Counted from the stretch's first letter, positions 8,501 to 18,572 are shown. The stretch is DNA of 32,000 bases from Candidatus Jordarchaeales archaeon (GCA_038858525.1 JAWCFL010000001.1:170120-202119); one strand, 5' to 3'. The notes: generated from the sequence alone by a model not told the origin. A program made the numbers and translations.

Positions 8501-9292
8501 TTGGTTAAGACGAGAAGGGAGTTTCCGGCAGAGGGAGACCTCGTGATAGCGACTGTAACCAAAATAGCGAACCATGGAGCTTACGTAACATTAGACGAGT
8601 ATGAAGGAAAAGAGGGGCTTGTCCACATTTCTGAGGTCTCCCAAAGCTGGGTTAGGAACATAAGGAACTTCCTTAAAGAGGGGCAAAAGGTCGTGGCGAA
8701 GGTCTTAAGGACGGAGCCGCGCAAAGGCTTCATAGATCTTTCTATTCGAAGGGTTACAGAGCAACAGAAAAGAGAGAAGGTACAAGAATGGAAGCGGGCG
8801 CAAAAAGCGGAGAACTTGCTTGATCTTGCCGCTAAAAAGCTCGGGAAAACCCTTGACGAAGCTTACGAGAAGGTAGGATGGCCACTCGAAGACAAATATG
8901 GAGAGATATACGCGGGTTTTGAGGAGGCCGCGGAAAAAGGCGAGCAGCCCCTCCTTGATGCTGGCGTCAGCGAAGAGTGGAGTAAAGTGATTACAGAGCT
9001 CGCTAAAGCGTACGTTGAGACGCCGAAGGTCAAAATAAAAGGCATCTTTGAGCTTACTTGTTTGAAGCGCGACGGAGTGGAAGCCATCAAAAAAGCACTG
9101 ATTGCTGCGGAGAAAGTTGCAAATGGAGACGTAAATGTTGAGATCTATACTGTGGGGGCACCGCGCTACAGAATAGAGGTGACAGCGAAGGAGTATAAAC
9201 AAGCTGAGAGCATAATGAAGGAAGCGGTTAATGCCGCATTAACTGTAATCAAGGAAGAGGGAGGAAGTGGAACGTTCACACGTGAAAAGTAG
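8501..9292 (+). CDS. eif2a: Translation initiation factor 2 alpha subunit (aIF2-alpha)
   Basis: S1 domain (GAYVTLDEY...EGLVHISEVS...FIDLSIRRV) and C-terminal GAPRYRI motif. Confidence 0.96.
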   Translation: MVKTRREFPAEGDLVIATVTKIANHGAYVTLDEYEGKEGLVHISEVSQSWVRNIRNFLKEGQKVVAKVLRTEPRKGFIDLSIRRVTEQQKREKVQEWKRAQKAENLLDLAAKKLGKTLDEAYEKVGWPLEDKYGEIYAGFEEAAEKGEQPLLDAGVSEEWSKVITELAKAYVETPKVKIKGIFELTCLKRDGVEAIKKALIAAEKVANGDVNVEIYTVGAPRYRIEVTAKEYKQAESIMKEAVNAALTVIKEEGGSGTFTREK

Positions 9293-9320
9293 CTATTTTC
9301 ACACGTGAAAAGTAGCTATT
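9275..9320. repeat. Exact 23-bp tandem duplication TTCACACGTGAAAAGTAGCTATT (9275-9297, 9298-9320)
   Basis: Read directly. It spans the convergent stop codons of eif2a and nop10. Confidence 0.9.
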
Positions 9321-9489
9321 CTTTCCCTGCAAGCTCCTTCTTCAACCTTCGCCTTAAATCTCCAAAGCGGTCTTCTATTGAAAACTTTGGAGGATGCGGA
9401 ACCTTTACCTCGCCCCCACAACGGGGACACGAGTCCTGCCTTAACGTATAACTTCCACAAGAAACACATTTTCTAAGCAAGAAACCCAT
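9316..9489 (-). CDS. nop10: H/ACA RNP protein Nop10, 57 aa; below the ORF-track cutoff
   Basis: MGFLLRKCVSCGSYTLRQDSCPRCGGEVKVPHPPKFSIEDRFGDLRRRLKKE: zinc knuckle plus the HPPKFS-x-ED motif. Confidence 0.93.
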   Translation of the reverse strand: MGFLLRKCVSCGSYTLRQDSCPRCGGEVKVPHPPKFSIEDRFGDLRRRLKKELAGKE

Positions 9490-9524
9490 TCCATAACCGC
9501 TCCCTTTTTACCGATCTTCCTCCT

Positions 9525-11996
9525 TTACGGGGGCGCGCTTACTTCAACATTTATCTCTCTAGTGAATTCAGGTATAGATGTCTCTATTTTTAAAGGAACG
9601 CTTTTTCCACTTTCAAGACTCAAACCGCTATTGAAGGGTATACTAGCAGTCTCTCCAGGCCCGATGGAAACAGCAGAAATACTGCAGGATGTGCCGTTAA
9701 CATATAGCTTCGTCACGTTGAAGGGGACTAATCCAGTATTACGGATTTCCACTGTTCCACTTCCGTTAGTATAGATGCTCGCATTTACGATGTCCATGTT
9801 TGCGTCTAGTATCGAGTAATCAATCTTGTAGATTTTTACTAAGTGATTACTGGATATGAAGACGGGTTTAAAGTGATTCAGGACGCTAAATCCGTGCTTC
9901 CACCATGAGTACCATCCAGGCGGGCTCCTCGCTTCATCATAAGAGATTACGAGCGGATACTTATTCTGGTCCATGTAATTGTGGAGGGCATAATCCAGTA
10001 TTAATTTACTATAAGAAGGATACACGTCTGGTGATGGGTCATGGTAGTAGAGGAGCTTGTAGAGGGTCATGTTAAAGAACTTGGGTGTGTAAATTGTGCC
10101 TGTTAGCGTTGGAGTGTAGTACTCGTATTCCCAAGGCGTGTAGAAGACGTCGAAGGAGATCTTAGCCATCCATATCCATTTTCCTTCGTCTCCGTGGAGG
10201 TTGGCATCGTTGTGTCCAAAGTAGACTAGAACATGTGTGGCGTTGAAATAACGGAGGATCTCTAGGCTTTCTGTTTCGTTCGTGGTGGTTAGTGCTCGTC
10301 CGACGAGAGCTATTTGTGTGGTGTTGAGCGTGGCGTTGTCGACTACCGTTGTCTTGTTTCCTCTGACCATGATCCAGTACCCGTAATCCCACCAAGAAAC
10401 CACTATAGCATCGGAGGGCAACTTGTTCTGCATGAAAATAAACGCTTCCTCCCAGTCGAAGTAGAAGTTCCCGTATCGGTCTCTAGGGACGAATTGCGGA
10501 GCGCCAGAGTAGACGGCTACAGTCATGCCGTGAGAGAATGAGAAAAACAGAATGAGCCCTGTAATGGCTAAGACTACAGCGGCAGATTCTCTTCCCAAGA
10601 TGCGCTTTACGATGACACGCCGCCTCTTAATGGGTATCCTTCGTTCTCCTAACACTAGTTTTGAGAGAGGATCATAAATTGATGAAAGAGCGAACCCGGA
10701 GAGTAAGCACGCTACTGGAGCGAACATGACGATAAGACGAACCATGGAGGCAGCCATGTAAACAGTAGTTGCGCCTAAAATTATGAGGAGAAGGTCTTCG
10801 TTTCGCCTTCTTTGAAAGAGAAGATACATTCCTGCAGGAAACAGTATGACAGTTGCATGTAGGTCGTAGAAGAACATGCTCCATGATGTTGTAGCGTGCT
10901 CAGCGACACTTGACACTATGATCTCTTCTTCCCTGTAAAATGGGTTAATCACTGAGAAGTAACGTCCACTAATTTGAATAAATGAGCGGATGCCAGATGA
11001 TAAAGACAACGAAAAAATCGGGTTTATAGAATACGCGACAGCTACTCCTGTCATGATCACGATCACTATGATAAATATCGTCACGGCGAGATTACGTTTG
11101 TTCTTGACGAAGACATGAAGTTTAGGTGCCTTGACAGCGAGTGTTTCAGAAATGGAGGCGAGTGTAGGTTTAATGCGGGGATACGCTTCCCATGATATCA
11201 GGGCGAGTAAGACTAGCATTGCGAGGATGCAATTGCTTGAAATTATGTATTCACTACCGTGGAATGGAACCCTCGTTCCTATAAATGCCCCTATCAAGAT
11301 CGTGATGCTGTAGGTCATTAGCAGGTTTGTCGAGTACCTTTTCATTAGTATTAGGAGAATGACTGTGAGAGGATAAACGTATAGTAGGTAAATGGCGGCA
11401 CCCCAGCTTGCTATGAAGCCGCCGAGGGCTAAACCAGCTATAACGGCTGAGGGGATAGATGACCTCTTCATGGATCTTATGAAGAAAAAGAGGGAGAGCA
11501 GAAAGAAGAACAAGCCAACACACTCGTTATCAACTAGACCTGCGATCGTTCGTTCTATTGCTCCCGGCAAGAACGACAGCAAAAATGAGGAGATTAGGCC
11601 AGCCTTGTCATCCAGCACCTCGCGTCCGAGAAAGAAGAGCACGACGCATGATGCTGCTCCCATTATGGCGGGGAGAAAGTAGCACACCATGTGTATGTTG
11701 ACGTTAAACCCTATAGATCTTAGCAAGAAAAAGAGGGTTGCAGCTGTGAACGGCACGCCGGGAAGGTAACTTCTGGACATGTCTAAGCCATAGGGGTACC
11801 ACATCATCGGGTTATACCATCCAAACCACACGGAGTAACCGTAAATACTTATGAAGGCGGCGTTATAGTACTGTATCGTTGAGTCATAATCCGATATATA
11901 TGGAGGATACATGAAAAAGGGGTAAAGCCTTAACAAAAAGGCTAGCAGAGTGATTAGTGATACGCTCAGAACGAGAAGGAGGTTCCGCCTGTCCAC
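9525..11996 (-). CDS. aglB: Oligosaccharyltransferase AglB/STT3
   Basis: Multi-TM N-terminal half, RTIAGLVDNE, SVAEH, WWDYG, DNATLN and DEGKWIWM motifs. Confidence 0.95.
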   Translation of the reverse strand: MDRRNLLLVLSVSLITLLAFLLRLYPFFMYPPYISDYDSTIQYYNAAFISIYGYSVWFGWYNPMMWYPYGLDMSRSYLPGVPFTAATLFFLLRSIGFNVNIHMVCYFLPAIMGAASCVVLFFLGREVLDDKAGLISSFLLSFLPGAIERTIAGLVDNECVGLFFFLLSLFFFIRSMKRSSIPSAVIAGLALGGFIASWGAAIYLLYVYPLTVILLILMKRYSTNLLMTYSITILIGAFIGTRVPFHGSEYIISSNCILAMLVLLALISWEAYPRIKPTLASISETLAVKAPKLHVFVKNKRNLAVTIFIIVIVIMTGVAVAYSINPIFSLSLSSGIRSFIQISGRYFSVINPFYREEEIIVSSVAEHATTSWSMFFYDLHATVILFPAGMYLLFQRRRNEDLLLIILGATTVYMAASMVRLIVMFAPVACLLSGFALSSIYDPLSKLVLGERRIPIKRRRVIVKRILGRESAAVVLAITGLILFFSFSHGMTVAVYSGAPQFVPRDRYGNFYFDWEEAFIFMQNKLPSDAIVVSWWDYGYWIMVRGNKTTVVDNATLNTTQIALVGRALTTTNETESLEILRYFNATHVLVYFGHNDANLHGDEGKWIWMAKISFDVFYTPWEYEYYTPTLTGTIYTPKFFNMTLYKLLYYHDPSPDVYPSYSKLILDYALHNYMDQNKYPLVISYDEARSPPGWYSWWKHGFSVLNHFKPVFISSNHLVKIYKIDYSILDANMDIVNASIYTNGSGTVEIRNTGLVPFNVTKLYVNGTSCSISAVSIGPGETASIPFNSGLSLESGKSVPLKIETSIPEFTREINVEVSAPP

Positions 11997-12258
11997 TCTA
12001 ACTTTAGCAGCGTAGAAAAGCTCGCTTATAAGGGATGATAATCTTTTTCTCGCCAGTTGCGCCGCCTCCCCTATATGTCCCTTTACAACCTCCTTTATCT
12101 CACACTGCTCTTTTAAAAATTATCTCTCTTTCTATTAGACGAAAGACTATGTAGCCTGAAATCTAAGGCATGCAATACTAAATAGATGATAAGGTTTATA
12201 AAAGGATGGGGTGTAGTCCCCTTATCGTGACTCACACCAAGAACCTGAAGGGGATTGG

Positions 12259-12879
12259 ATGAGTAGAGAGCGCGTGAAGGATTCTTGGAGCGCGAAAAAG
12301 TGGTTTACGGTTCTCGCACCGACATACTTTGGAAATGTCGAGATAGGTTTAACGCCTGCTGACAGCCCGGAGAAGGTGATAGGCAGGGTAATGGAGGCCA
12401 CTCTTTATGACATTACTGGCGACTTCTCTCTGATCCACGTTAAGCTCTACTTTAGGATAATAGACGTTTCAGGAGAAGTGGCTCAGACGGAGTTCTATGG
12501 CCACGAGTTCACTAGGGACTACTTGAAGAGCCTTGTGAGGAGAGGCACTAGTAAGGTTGACGGAATATTTGACGTTGTAACTAAGGACGGGCGAGCTTTA
12601 CGCGTGTACCCTGTAGCTTTCACGATTAACAGGATTAAAACCAGTCAGGAAAAGATTATCAGAAACGTGATGGGAGAGGTTGTGGAGAAAAAAGCGGAAC
12701 AGTTAAACTACGGCGAATATGCTCAGGAAGTTGTGCTTGGAAAAATTGCTTCCGAGATATACAACTTAGCTAGGAAAATAGTTCCTTTAAGGAAGTGCGA
12801 GGTTTGGAAGACGAAGCCCATTAAAGTACGGGCAAAAACGGTGGAGACGCTTAGAGCGGAGACACAAGCTACTGCTTGA
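12259..12879 (+). CDS. rps3ae: 30S ribosomal protein S3Ae (eS1)
   Basis: KDSWSAKKWFTVLAP, TLYDITGD and RDYLKSLVRRGTSKVD motifs; TTTATAAAA TATA-like box at 12195-12203. Confidence 0.96.
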   Translation: MSRERVKDSWSAKKWFTVLAPTYFGNVEIGLTPADSPEKVIGRVMEATLYDITGDFSLIHVKLYFRIIDVSGEVAQTEFYGHEFTRDYLKSLVRRGTSKVDGIFDVVTKDGRALRVYPVAFTINRIKTSQEKIIRNVMGEVVEKKAEQLNYGEYAQEVVLGKIASEIYNLARKIVPLRKCEVWKTKPIKVRAKTVETLRAETQATA

Positions 12880-12916
12880 ACATTTATTTTTGATGCTTAT
12901 AGTGGAGGGGACCTAT

Positions 12917-13057
12917 GTGAGCACGGGAAAAAAATGTGTTAAATGTGGTGCTGCTCAAGTTGAAGTTTTGGTTAAACAGCCTATGTCTTCAGGTGTTGAA
13001 TACACGTACAAGTGCTTGGTCTGCCATCATACGTGGAAGGAAAAGAAGCGCTTTTAG
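12917..13057 (+). CDS. Small zinc-ribbon protein, 46 aa, function unknown
   Basis: GGAGGGG SD-like site, then GTG start. MSTGKKCVKCGAAQVEVLVKQPMSSGVEYTYKCLVCHHTWKEKKRF carries two CxxC pairs. Confidence 0.7.
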   Translation: MSTGKKCVKCGAAQVEVLVKQPMSSGVEYTYKCLVCHHTWKEKKRF

Positions 13058-13305
13058 GTTTTTCCGGATAGCGTTACGACGTCCCCTACAATCTTCATAC
13101 TTGCAAGTATATCATCCAGCGTCGACAGTAAAGTGCTGATCTTGCCGTTGTACTCGAGAAGCATGATTAACCTATTTTCGTCTGATTTCATTTCAAACTT
13201 CATGTTTTTAGGCAGAGGCGTGTTATCGGGCGACAACGCTCTCAATGTTATGGCGGCCTCGGAGGGGGAGGAAAATTCCACTTCAATAATTATTTTAGCC
13301 ATCAT
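13054..13305 (-). CDS. pcc1: KEOPS complex subunit Pcc1
   Basis: ALSPDN motif and STLLSTLDDIL C-terminal helix; conserved neighbourhood with rps3ae, DHH protein and rps15. Confidence 0.85.
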   Translation of the reverse strand: MMAKIIIEVEFSSPSEAAITLRALSPDNTPLPKNMKFEMKSDENRLIMLLEYNGKISTLLSTLDDILASMKIVGDVVTLSGKT

Positions 13306-13323
13306 TCGCCCACTTCTCCATCA

Positions 13324-14751
13324 CTACTTACTGCTAAGTTCCGCGTTTAGGTGCTCAATGAACTCTTCCTCCCTACCAGCGGGAATGTATGCTCCAGCAG
13401 CCAAGTCATGCCCACCAGCGACGAAGTTTAACCCCATTTCATTTATGACGTACCTCATTAGTTCACCCAAGTTTACCTCTTTCTTAACTTCTGATCCTAA
13501 GCGAGCAGAGACTTTAACTGCTGCTTCTTCTTCCGAGTATGCGAACCCGACAATCACTTTGTCTCGATACGATTTTGATGAAGAAAGAATTGAAGTTACA
13601 GTTCCAATCATCTTGTCGTCAATATAGCGTTCTCCGTTGAACCAGCAGATGTCGCCTTTAACGTTCACCTTGCCTTTCCCAAGCCATTCCATGTAATCTG
13701 CTAGCTTCGCTCGATACTCACTAGCAACTTTTGCAACTTCTCCATAGACATTTCGGTCCCCCATGCAGATAGCTAACCCCAAGCTTGTTTTCCCTGTTCG
13801 CCCGCAAGCATTAAGGAGGAAGGCGAACTCCCTAGCGTCCCTTGTTGGTGTTCCAAGTGGCTCCCTAGTTAGAACGTAAACTGTCCCAATAATGCTCTGC
13901 GCCTCATCAGCGCTCATTCCACCTGGCCCAAGCATGTACTTGACAAGCTCCGATACGAGCTTCGACTTTTCCTGTTGTGAAAGTTCAGACAGAGTTCTCC
14001 ACCGGTCACCAGACTTCAACGGAATCTTAACTCTCTCTACAAGGAACTTCACACAGGCAGCATGATTACCGGACAGCCCGGGTATGAAGGGCTCCATAGT
14101 GTACTCGAGAGCGACAGGTATGGGTCTCGTCTCCCGCCCGAAGAACATTAGGTCCTTAACTTCTTCTAGAACACCCAACTCTATTGCTTCTCTAACTATC
14201 TCAGCGTTTAAGCCTGTCAGGCTTCGCCCTTCACCTTTATCCTGGCGGTCACCAAGCGCACCGATAACGGCGAGGGTAGATAGGTCCCGATTCGCGTCAT
14301 TGACCTCCTTGGATACCAAGTAAGCCATTCCAGCACCACTAATTTCGGCTCCCCCGTCTAAGCCGAAGAGGTGAGGATTAATTTGCATGAAGCTTTCTTT
14401 ATCATTCTCTGGGGGATGATGATCTATGATCACCACGTTCTCCCTTAATACCTCGTTTATGAGGCTCAACTGGCCGCTACCTAGATCTGTGAACACGAAT
14501 ACTCTCTGAGTTTTTGGAAGAGATTTTAAGACGCGCTCGCTAAGCTGGTGAACTATTCTAGCGTGAAACTTGGCGTCAATCCTTCTAAGCGTCTTTAACA
14601 TTATGCTGGCCGCCGCTAATCCGTCGGCATCTAGATGGGAAACCACCTGGAAAACGTGTGAACGTGCTCTTTCGAGTATGAATTCGGCAATGCTTCGAGC
14701 ATGACTAATAAGTTGAGAGGAAGGCAACGCTTCGAGGTCACCTTTTCTCAT
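13324..14751 (-). CDS. DHH-family phosphoesterase (archaeal RecJ-like)
   Basis: HLDADG, TDLG, IDHH, GALGD and GGHDLAAGA motifs; typical neighbour of rps15. Confidence 0.92.
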   Translation of the reverse strand: MRKGDLEALPSSQLISHARSIAEFILERARSHVFQVVSHLDADGLAAASIMLKTLRRIDAKFHARIVHQLSERVLKSLPKTQRVFVFTDLGSGQLSLINEVLRENVVIIDHHPPENDKESFMQINPHLFGLDGGAEISGAGMAYLVSKEVNDANRDLSTLAVIGALGDRQDKGEGRSLTGLNAEIVREAIELGVLEEVKDLMFFGRETRPIPVALEYTMEPFIPGLSGNHAACVKFLVERVKIPLKSGDRWRTLSELSQQEKSKLVSELVKYMLGPGGMSADEAQSIIGTVYVLTREPLGTPTRDAREFAFLLNACGRTGKTSLGLAICMGDRNVYGEVAKVASEYRAKLADYMEWLGKGKVNVKGDICWFNGERYIDDKMIGTVTSILSSSKSYRDKVIVGFAYSEEEAAVKVSARLGSEVKKEVNLGELMRYVINEMGLNFVAGGHDLAAGAYIPAGREEEFIEHLNAELSSK

Positions 14752-15206
14752 TGCCTTACGAGTAAAGCTACCTTTTCGGGGTCATACTTCCAGTCTGGCG
14801 GCAGAACATGGCATTTCTTATAGTACTTCACCAACCTATGAATTTTTGACTCTGTGAGCTGGAGTCCTCTTCTCGAGTGAAGGTCTTTCCTGTGCTCTTC
14901 GAGATGTCTCCTGATTCTTAAAGCTCGCCGAATTAAGTTTGTGAGGTCCTCCGGGAGGGGGGACGTTAATCCATGCTCTTTCATGATCTGCGTAATCTTT
15001 TTACCCACTATTGGCTTAACAAGCGGGACGCCATGTTGGTCTCTTAGTATTATTCCGATCATTGATGGAGGGTAGCCGCTCCTAGCTAGCTCAACCACTT
15101 TATCGACTACCCATTCTGGGGTTTTGTCGAACCATTCTGGCGGTTTCTTTACCGGAGGACGCTTAGATGAAGATTTCCTCTTTTTCCTCGCGTGCATTCT
15201 CGCCAT
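14748..15206 (-). CDS. rps15: 30S ribosomal protein S15/S13e (uS15)
   Basis: [23 protein letters not shown] and [17 protein letters not shown] motifs. Confidence 0.97.
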   Translation of the reverse strand: MARMHARKKRKSSSKRPPVKKPPEWFDKTPEWVVDKVVELARSGYPPSMIGIILRDQHGVPLVKPIVGKKITQIMKEHGLTSPLPEDLTNLIRRALRIRRHLEEHRKDLHSRRGLQLTESKIHRLVKYYKKCHVLPPDWKYDPEKVALLVRQ

Positions 15207-15259
15207 AATAGAACCCTTCTCTCAGGATAATGCTAGGGGGCTGATAAGAAACTTGATGT

Positions 15260-15868
15260 TTAAATAATTTTCGAGGATGTTAGCCATTCAGCAAGCTTCC
15301 TGAGGGCTCTCGCCCTATGTGACAGCTTATTCTTTTCCCTAACGTCGAGCTCGGCAAAGCTCCTTCCATCACCCTCCTCAGGTATAAATATAGGGTCGAA
15401 ACCAAATCCACGTTCTCCCTTGACGGCGTGAGATATGAAGCCTGAAGCCTGACCTTTAAACACCAGCATCTCCTTGCCATCTGTGAACGCCACAACCGAA
15501 ACAAAAACAGCTCTCCTGTTATCGACGCCATCCATAAGTTTTAGCACGCCTTCATTGCCTATTTTGCTGAAGACATAGGAGGAATAAGGTCCTGGGAACC
15601 CGTTGAGCGCCTCTATGAAGAGGCCGGCGTCCTCAACGAAAAAAGGGCATCTTGGATTCGCCTCCCGCATCAGCCAAGCCAGACTAATCCTAGCGATCTC
15701 TTCCAAGCTTTCCGACTGGACCTCGAGGCGCTTCACGTCCCACTGTTCAACATTTAACCCGTACTCTGAAAAAACGATCTCAGCTTCTTGAAGCTTGTGC
15801 CTGTTACTTGTGGCGAAGAGGACATGTTTCACCTTTCCCAGTAGCGCCCCCTCCTTTCGATCTCCCAC
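15260..15868 (-). CDS. rdgB: XTP/dITP diphosphatase (Ham1/RdgB)
   Basis: FATSNRHK, EDAGLFIEALNGFPGPYS, GFGFDPIF and SHR motifs. True start may be a few codons downstream. Confidence 0.94.
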   Translation of the reverse strand: MGDRKEGALLGKVKHVLFATSNRHKLQEAEIVFSEYGLNVEQWDVKRLEVQSESLEEIARISLAWLMREANPRCPFFVEDAGLFIEALNGFPGPYSSYVFSKIGNEGVLKLMDGVDNRRAVFVSVVAFTDGKEMLVFKGQASGFISHAVKGERGFGFDPIFIPEEGDGRSFAELDVREKNKLSHRARALRKLAEWLTSSKII

Positions 15869-16455
15869 ATTTTATCTATAACTTCATTTGCCCCCTCAAA
15901 GGCGTCCCTATAACCTTGAAGAACAGCGTTGAATCCTTCTTCGAAAACGTCGTAATGACTGCTTTCCATTGCCCGCTTCATCAAGTGCAGGTCAACTCCC
16001 AAGTCCTCAACGTTCCTCGAAAAGTCTCCAAGCCCAAAATCGATGAAAAAAATCTTCCCGTTACTAACAATCATGTTTGAAGTTGTCAGGTCTCCGTGTA
16101 CTATGCCCTCCCTGTGAAGCCGCCCTATTAATTCGCCCACCTCACGCAACAACCTGACAAGTTCTTCGCGCGGCAAACCTCCTTCCTTTATGAGGTCACT
16201 TAAAGTTCTTCCATCAATGTAATCCATAATTATAGAGGCGGATTCTAAGTCGACGAGGTAAACTGTGGGCGCCGGGACGCCGGCTCTCTTTGCGCTATGA
16301 AGCAAGCGCGCCTCACGAATAACTCTCTGTCTTCTTAAGCTGTCATCCAGTTCCTTGATCCTGTAAAGCTTAGGCTTACGCTCCTTAACGACAACTCTTC
16401 GCCCAAAAACATGGCTAAGGAGAAGATGAGCTTCAGCCCCCTTCTTGATCATCAC
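15829..16455 (-). CDS. bud32: KEOPS kinase Bud32
   Basis: KGAEA, REARLL, HGDLTTSNM, IDFGL and VEDLGVDL motifs. Confidence 0.95.
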   Translation of the reverse strand: MMIKKGAEAHLLLSHVFGRRVVVKERKPKLYRIKELDDSLRRQRVIREARLLHSAKRAGVPAPTVYLVDLESASIIMDYIDGRTLSDLIKEGGLPREELVRLLREVGELIGRLHREGIVHGDLTTSNMIVSNGKIFFIDFGLGDFSRNVEDLGVDLHLMKRAMESSHYDVFEEGFNAVLQGYRDAFEGANEVIDKMWEIERRGRYWER

Positions 16456-16461
16456 CGTATC

Positions 16462-17492
16462 TCACCTCTCACTCTCAACCCATGATACTTGAACCTCGTC
16501 AAGCCTCCACCTCGGCTTCACGTAGCTTTCCTCCACCCTTAGGATCCTTCCACTAACATACTCTAATATTCCTGTCCAGGCGATCATTGCTCCATTATCT
16601 CCTGCCAACTGCTGGGGGACCACGTGGAAGGAGGCGCCATGCTCCTCAGCTATCACTCTGATCATTTCTTGCAACCTCCTGTTTCTGCCGACACCTCCCG
16701 TCAGTAGAACGTCACCTTTACGCGTGTGCGCCAGAGCCCTCTCAGTCACTTCAGCCAGCATGGAGAAGCAGACTTCCTGAACGCTGTAGCACAGATCTTC
16801 AACTTTGCAACTACCAATCTTGCCAACCGCAGCGGTGTAAACCCCAGAATAGGAGAGGTCCATTCCCTTGACGACATATGGCAGCGGAATAAAAGTGCTT
16901 CCTTTACTCGCCAGCTCTTCGACCTTTGGCCCGCCAGGATGCTTTAAACCCAGCGCCCTAGCGAGCATGTCAAGCATGTTTCCGATGGCCAAGTCAAGCG
17001 TCTCCCCAAAGACACGGTACCTGCCTTTCTCGTAAGCTGCAACCAGAGTGTTTCCTCCAGAAACATACAACGTTAAGGGGTCTTCAACGTTCTCGGTGAG
17101 ACGCCCAATTTCTATGTGGGCTAAACAGTGATTAACGCCCACTAAGGGAACGTTTAACGCCAGTGCAAGCGCTCTGGCAGCCGTCGCCACCGTTCTCAGG
17201 CAAGGGCCTTTGGGGGCTTCGCCAACCCCGGCCCTTGAGAGAACGCGACCAAGTTAACCTCACTTATTTTGATTCCGGCTTCGCTTATAGCTGAGGTGAT
17301 CGCCTGCTTAACCGCGTTCGAGTGGTGCTGCGCGGCTTCCCTAGGGTGGATCCCGCCCTCAGCGGGCACATACTCGTCTCTGATGTTCGCTAGAATTTCT
17401 CCTTCACTACTTGCCACTCCTACACCTAAAGTGTGAGCTGTTCCTTCGAGCCCCATGCATAGCAGGCGGCGGCCGCCCAGTGCCTTCCTCAC
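16462..17492 (-). CDS. kae1: t6A synthase Kae1 (TsaD), complement(join(16462..17209,17224..17492)), about 338 aa after splicing
   Basis: N-terminal LEGTAHT, GGIHPREAAQHH and FSQGPG are in one frame. ATAARALA, VNHCLAHIE, VSGGNT and GDNGAMIA are in another. Removing 17210-17223 gives FSQGPGLGPCLRTVATAAR. Start codon (GTG 17492) is uncertain. Confidence 0.93.
17210..17223 (-). other. Minimal BHB intron in kae1, 14 nt (GGCGAAGCCCCCAA)
   Basis: mRNA reads CAAGGGCC GGGG UU^G GC GAA GC CCCC AA^A GGCCCUUG: 8-bp exon helix, 4-bp G-C central helix, two 3-nt bulges and a 2-bp stem with a GAA loop. Confidence 0.94.
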
Positions 17493-17511
17493 AAGTCTCA
17501 GTGTAGCGCCA

Positions 17512-17712
17512 TCAGCCGCCTTCATCCTCCTTATCCTCATCCTCTCTTTTCTTTTCCTTAGCTTCCCTAACATACTCCGTGTATCCACACTTGCCGCAGG
17601 TGTAACGGCGCCAGTGCTCCGCCATGAAGACGCCTGGCCCACACCTGGGACAGAACTTTTTGGCGCGAACCAGTTGGCCATTGACGATCTTGTAGTATTT
17701 GCCAACGCTCAC
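17512..17712 (-). CDS. rps27ae: 30S ribosomal protein S27ae (eS31)
   Basis: YYKI...[29 protein letters not shown]; short acidic tail. Confidence 0.96.
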   Translation of the reverse strand: MSVGKYYKIVNGQLVRAKKFCPRCGPGVFMAEHWRRYTCGKCGYTEYVREAKEKKREDEDKEDEGG

Positions 17713-17734
17713 TTAACATCCCTCCCTTTCGCTC

Positions 17735-18037
17735 TTAAGCTGCACCTTTACTTTCATCGCCGAGATTACGATTAATGAGGTAATCTGGCTCTATTTGGAG
17801 GGCAACATCCTTAGAGCTGTAAACTCGAGCCACCCCCTTAGACTGGCCCACACCGTACTCGGTCTCTATTTTTCTTATGAACACTTGGTCTAGGGAGACA
17901 TTGAGGAGGGCGGCGAGCTTGCGCCTGACTTCCACTCTGTTCGGCGTGCCCTCGCCTTCATGCTCAACCACGAACTCTACTTCTTCCCTGTTAAAGAAAG
18001 GGTTTTTACTTCGAGAAACAAGTTTCACTTCCATCAC
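17735..18037 (-). CDS. rps24e: 30S ribosomal protein S24e (eS24)
   Basis: NPFFNREE, TPNRVEVRRKLA and TEYGVGQSKGVARVY motifs. Confidence 0.95.
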   Translation of the reverse strand: MMEVKLVSRSKNPFFNREEVEFVVEHEGEGTPNRVEVRRKLAALLNVSLDQVFIRKIETEYGVGQSKGVARVYSSKDVALQIEPDYLINRNLGDESKGAA

Positions 18038-18566
18038 GTGAAGCCTCCCGCATTTCTTTAATAATGCTCATAACGCGTTTTTTCGCATCCTCATCAGCCT
18101 CTAGAACTACTAATCCTTGACCAGGCTGACCATAAATTATTATCGTTTCCTCTGGGGCGAGTAGCGCGGCAGGTATTGTAAGCAGGTCTTCTTCTCCATC
18201 AACCTCCACGCACACTCTGCCAGCCCTCGAGTATGCATCCTCGAAAACTCTCCACGCCTCCTTTTTTATCGTCCCTGGAGGGTTTCTCAGATTAAGCTTC
18301 TCCCACCCATCCAAATTTAATTTAAGCCCGATGGTCCTAAGCGTTTTCCCATCAACCACAATAATATCCGGCTCGACGCCCACCTCAAGAAGCGTCTTCG
18401 CCACCACGTCGCCGACCGCGACCACCCTCACGCTTCCCCCCCTCTCCTCGAGCATGCGCTTAACCCTCAAGCTGCTTTCAGGGTGCCGCCCCTCGACCAG
18501 CACACCAAAAGGCGCCTTAAGCCGTTCCCGTAACTTCAAAGGCAACTCTAAGTCGTAGTCCAGCAA
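18006..18566 (-). CDS. GTP-dependent dephospho-CoA kinase (DUF359 family)
   Basis: VGDVV, VVDGKTLR, NPPGTI, VDGEEDL and YGQPGQG motifs; canonical position between spt4 and rps24e. Confidence 0.9.
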   Translation of the reverse strand: MLDYDLELPLKLRERLKAPFGVLVEGRHPESSLRVKRMLEERGGSVRVVAVGDVVAKTLLEVGVEPDIIVVDGKTLRTIGLKLNLDGWEKLNLRNPPGTIKKEAWRVFEDAYSRAGRVCVEVDGEEDLLTIPAALLAPEETIIIYGQPGQGLVVLEADEDAKKRVMSIIKEMREASRDGSETCFSK

Positions 18567-18572
18567 CCAGCG

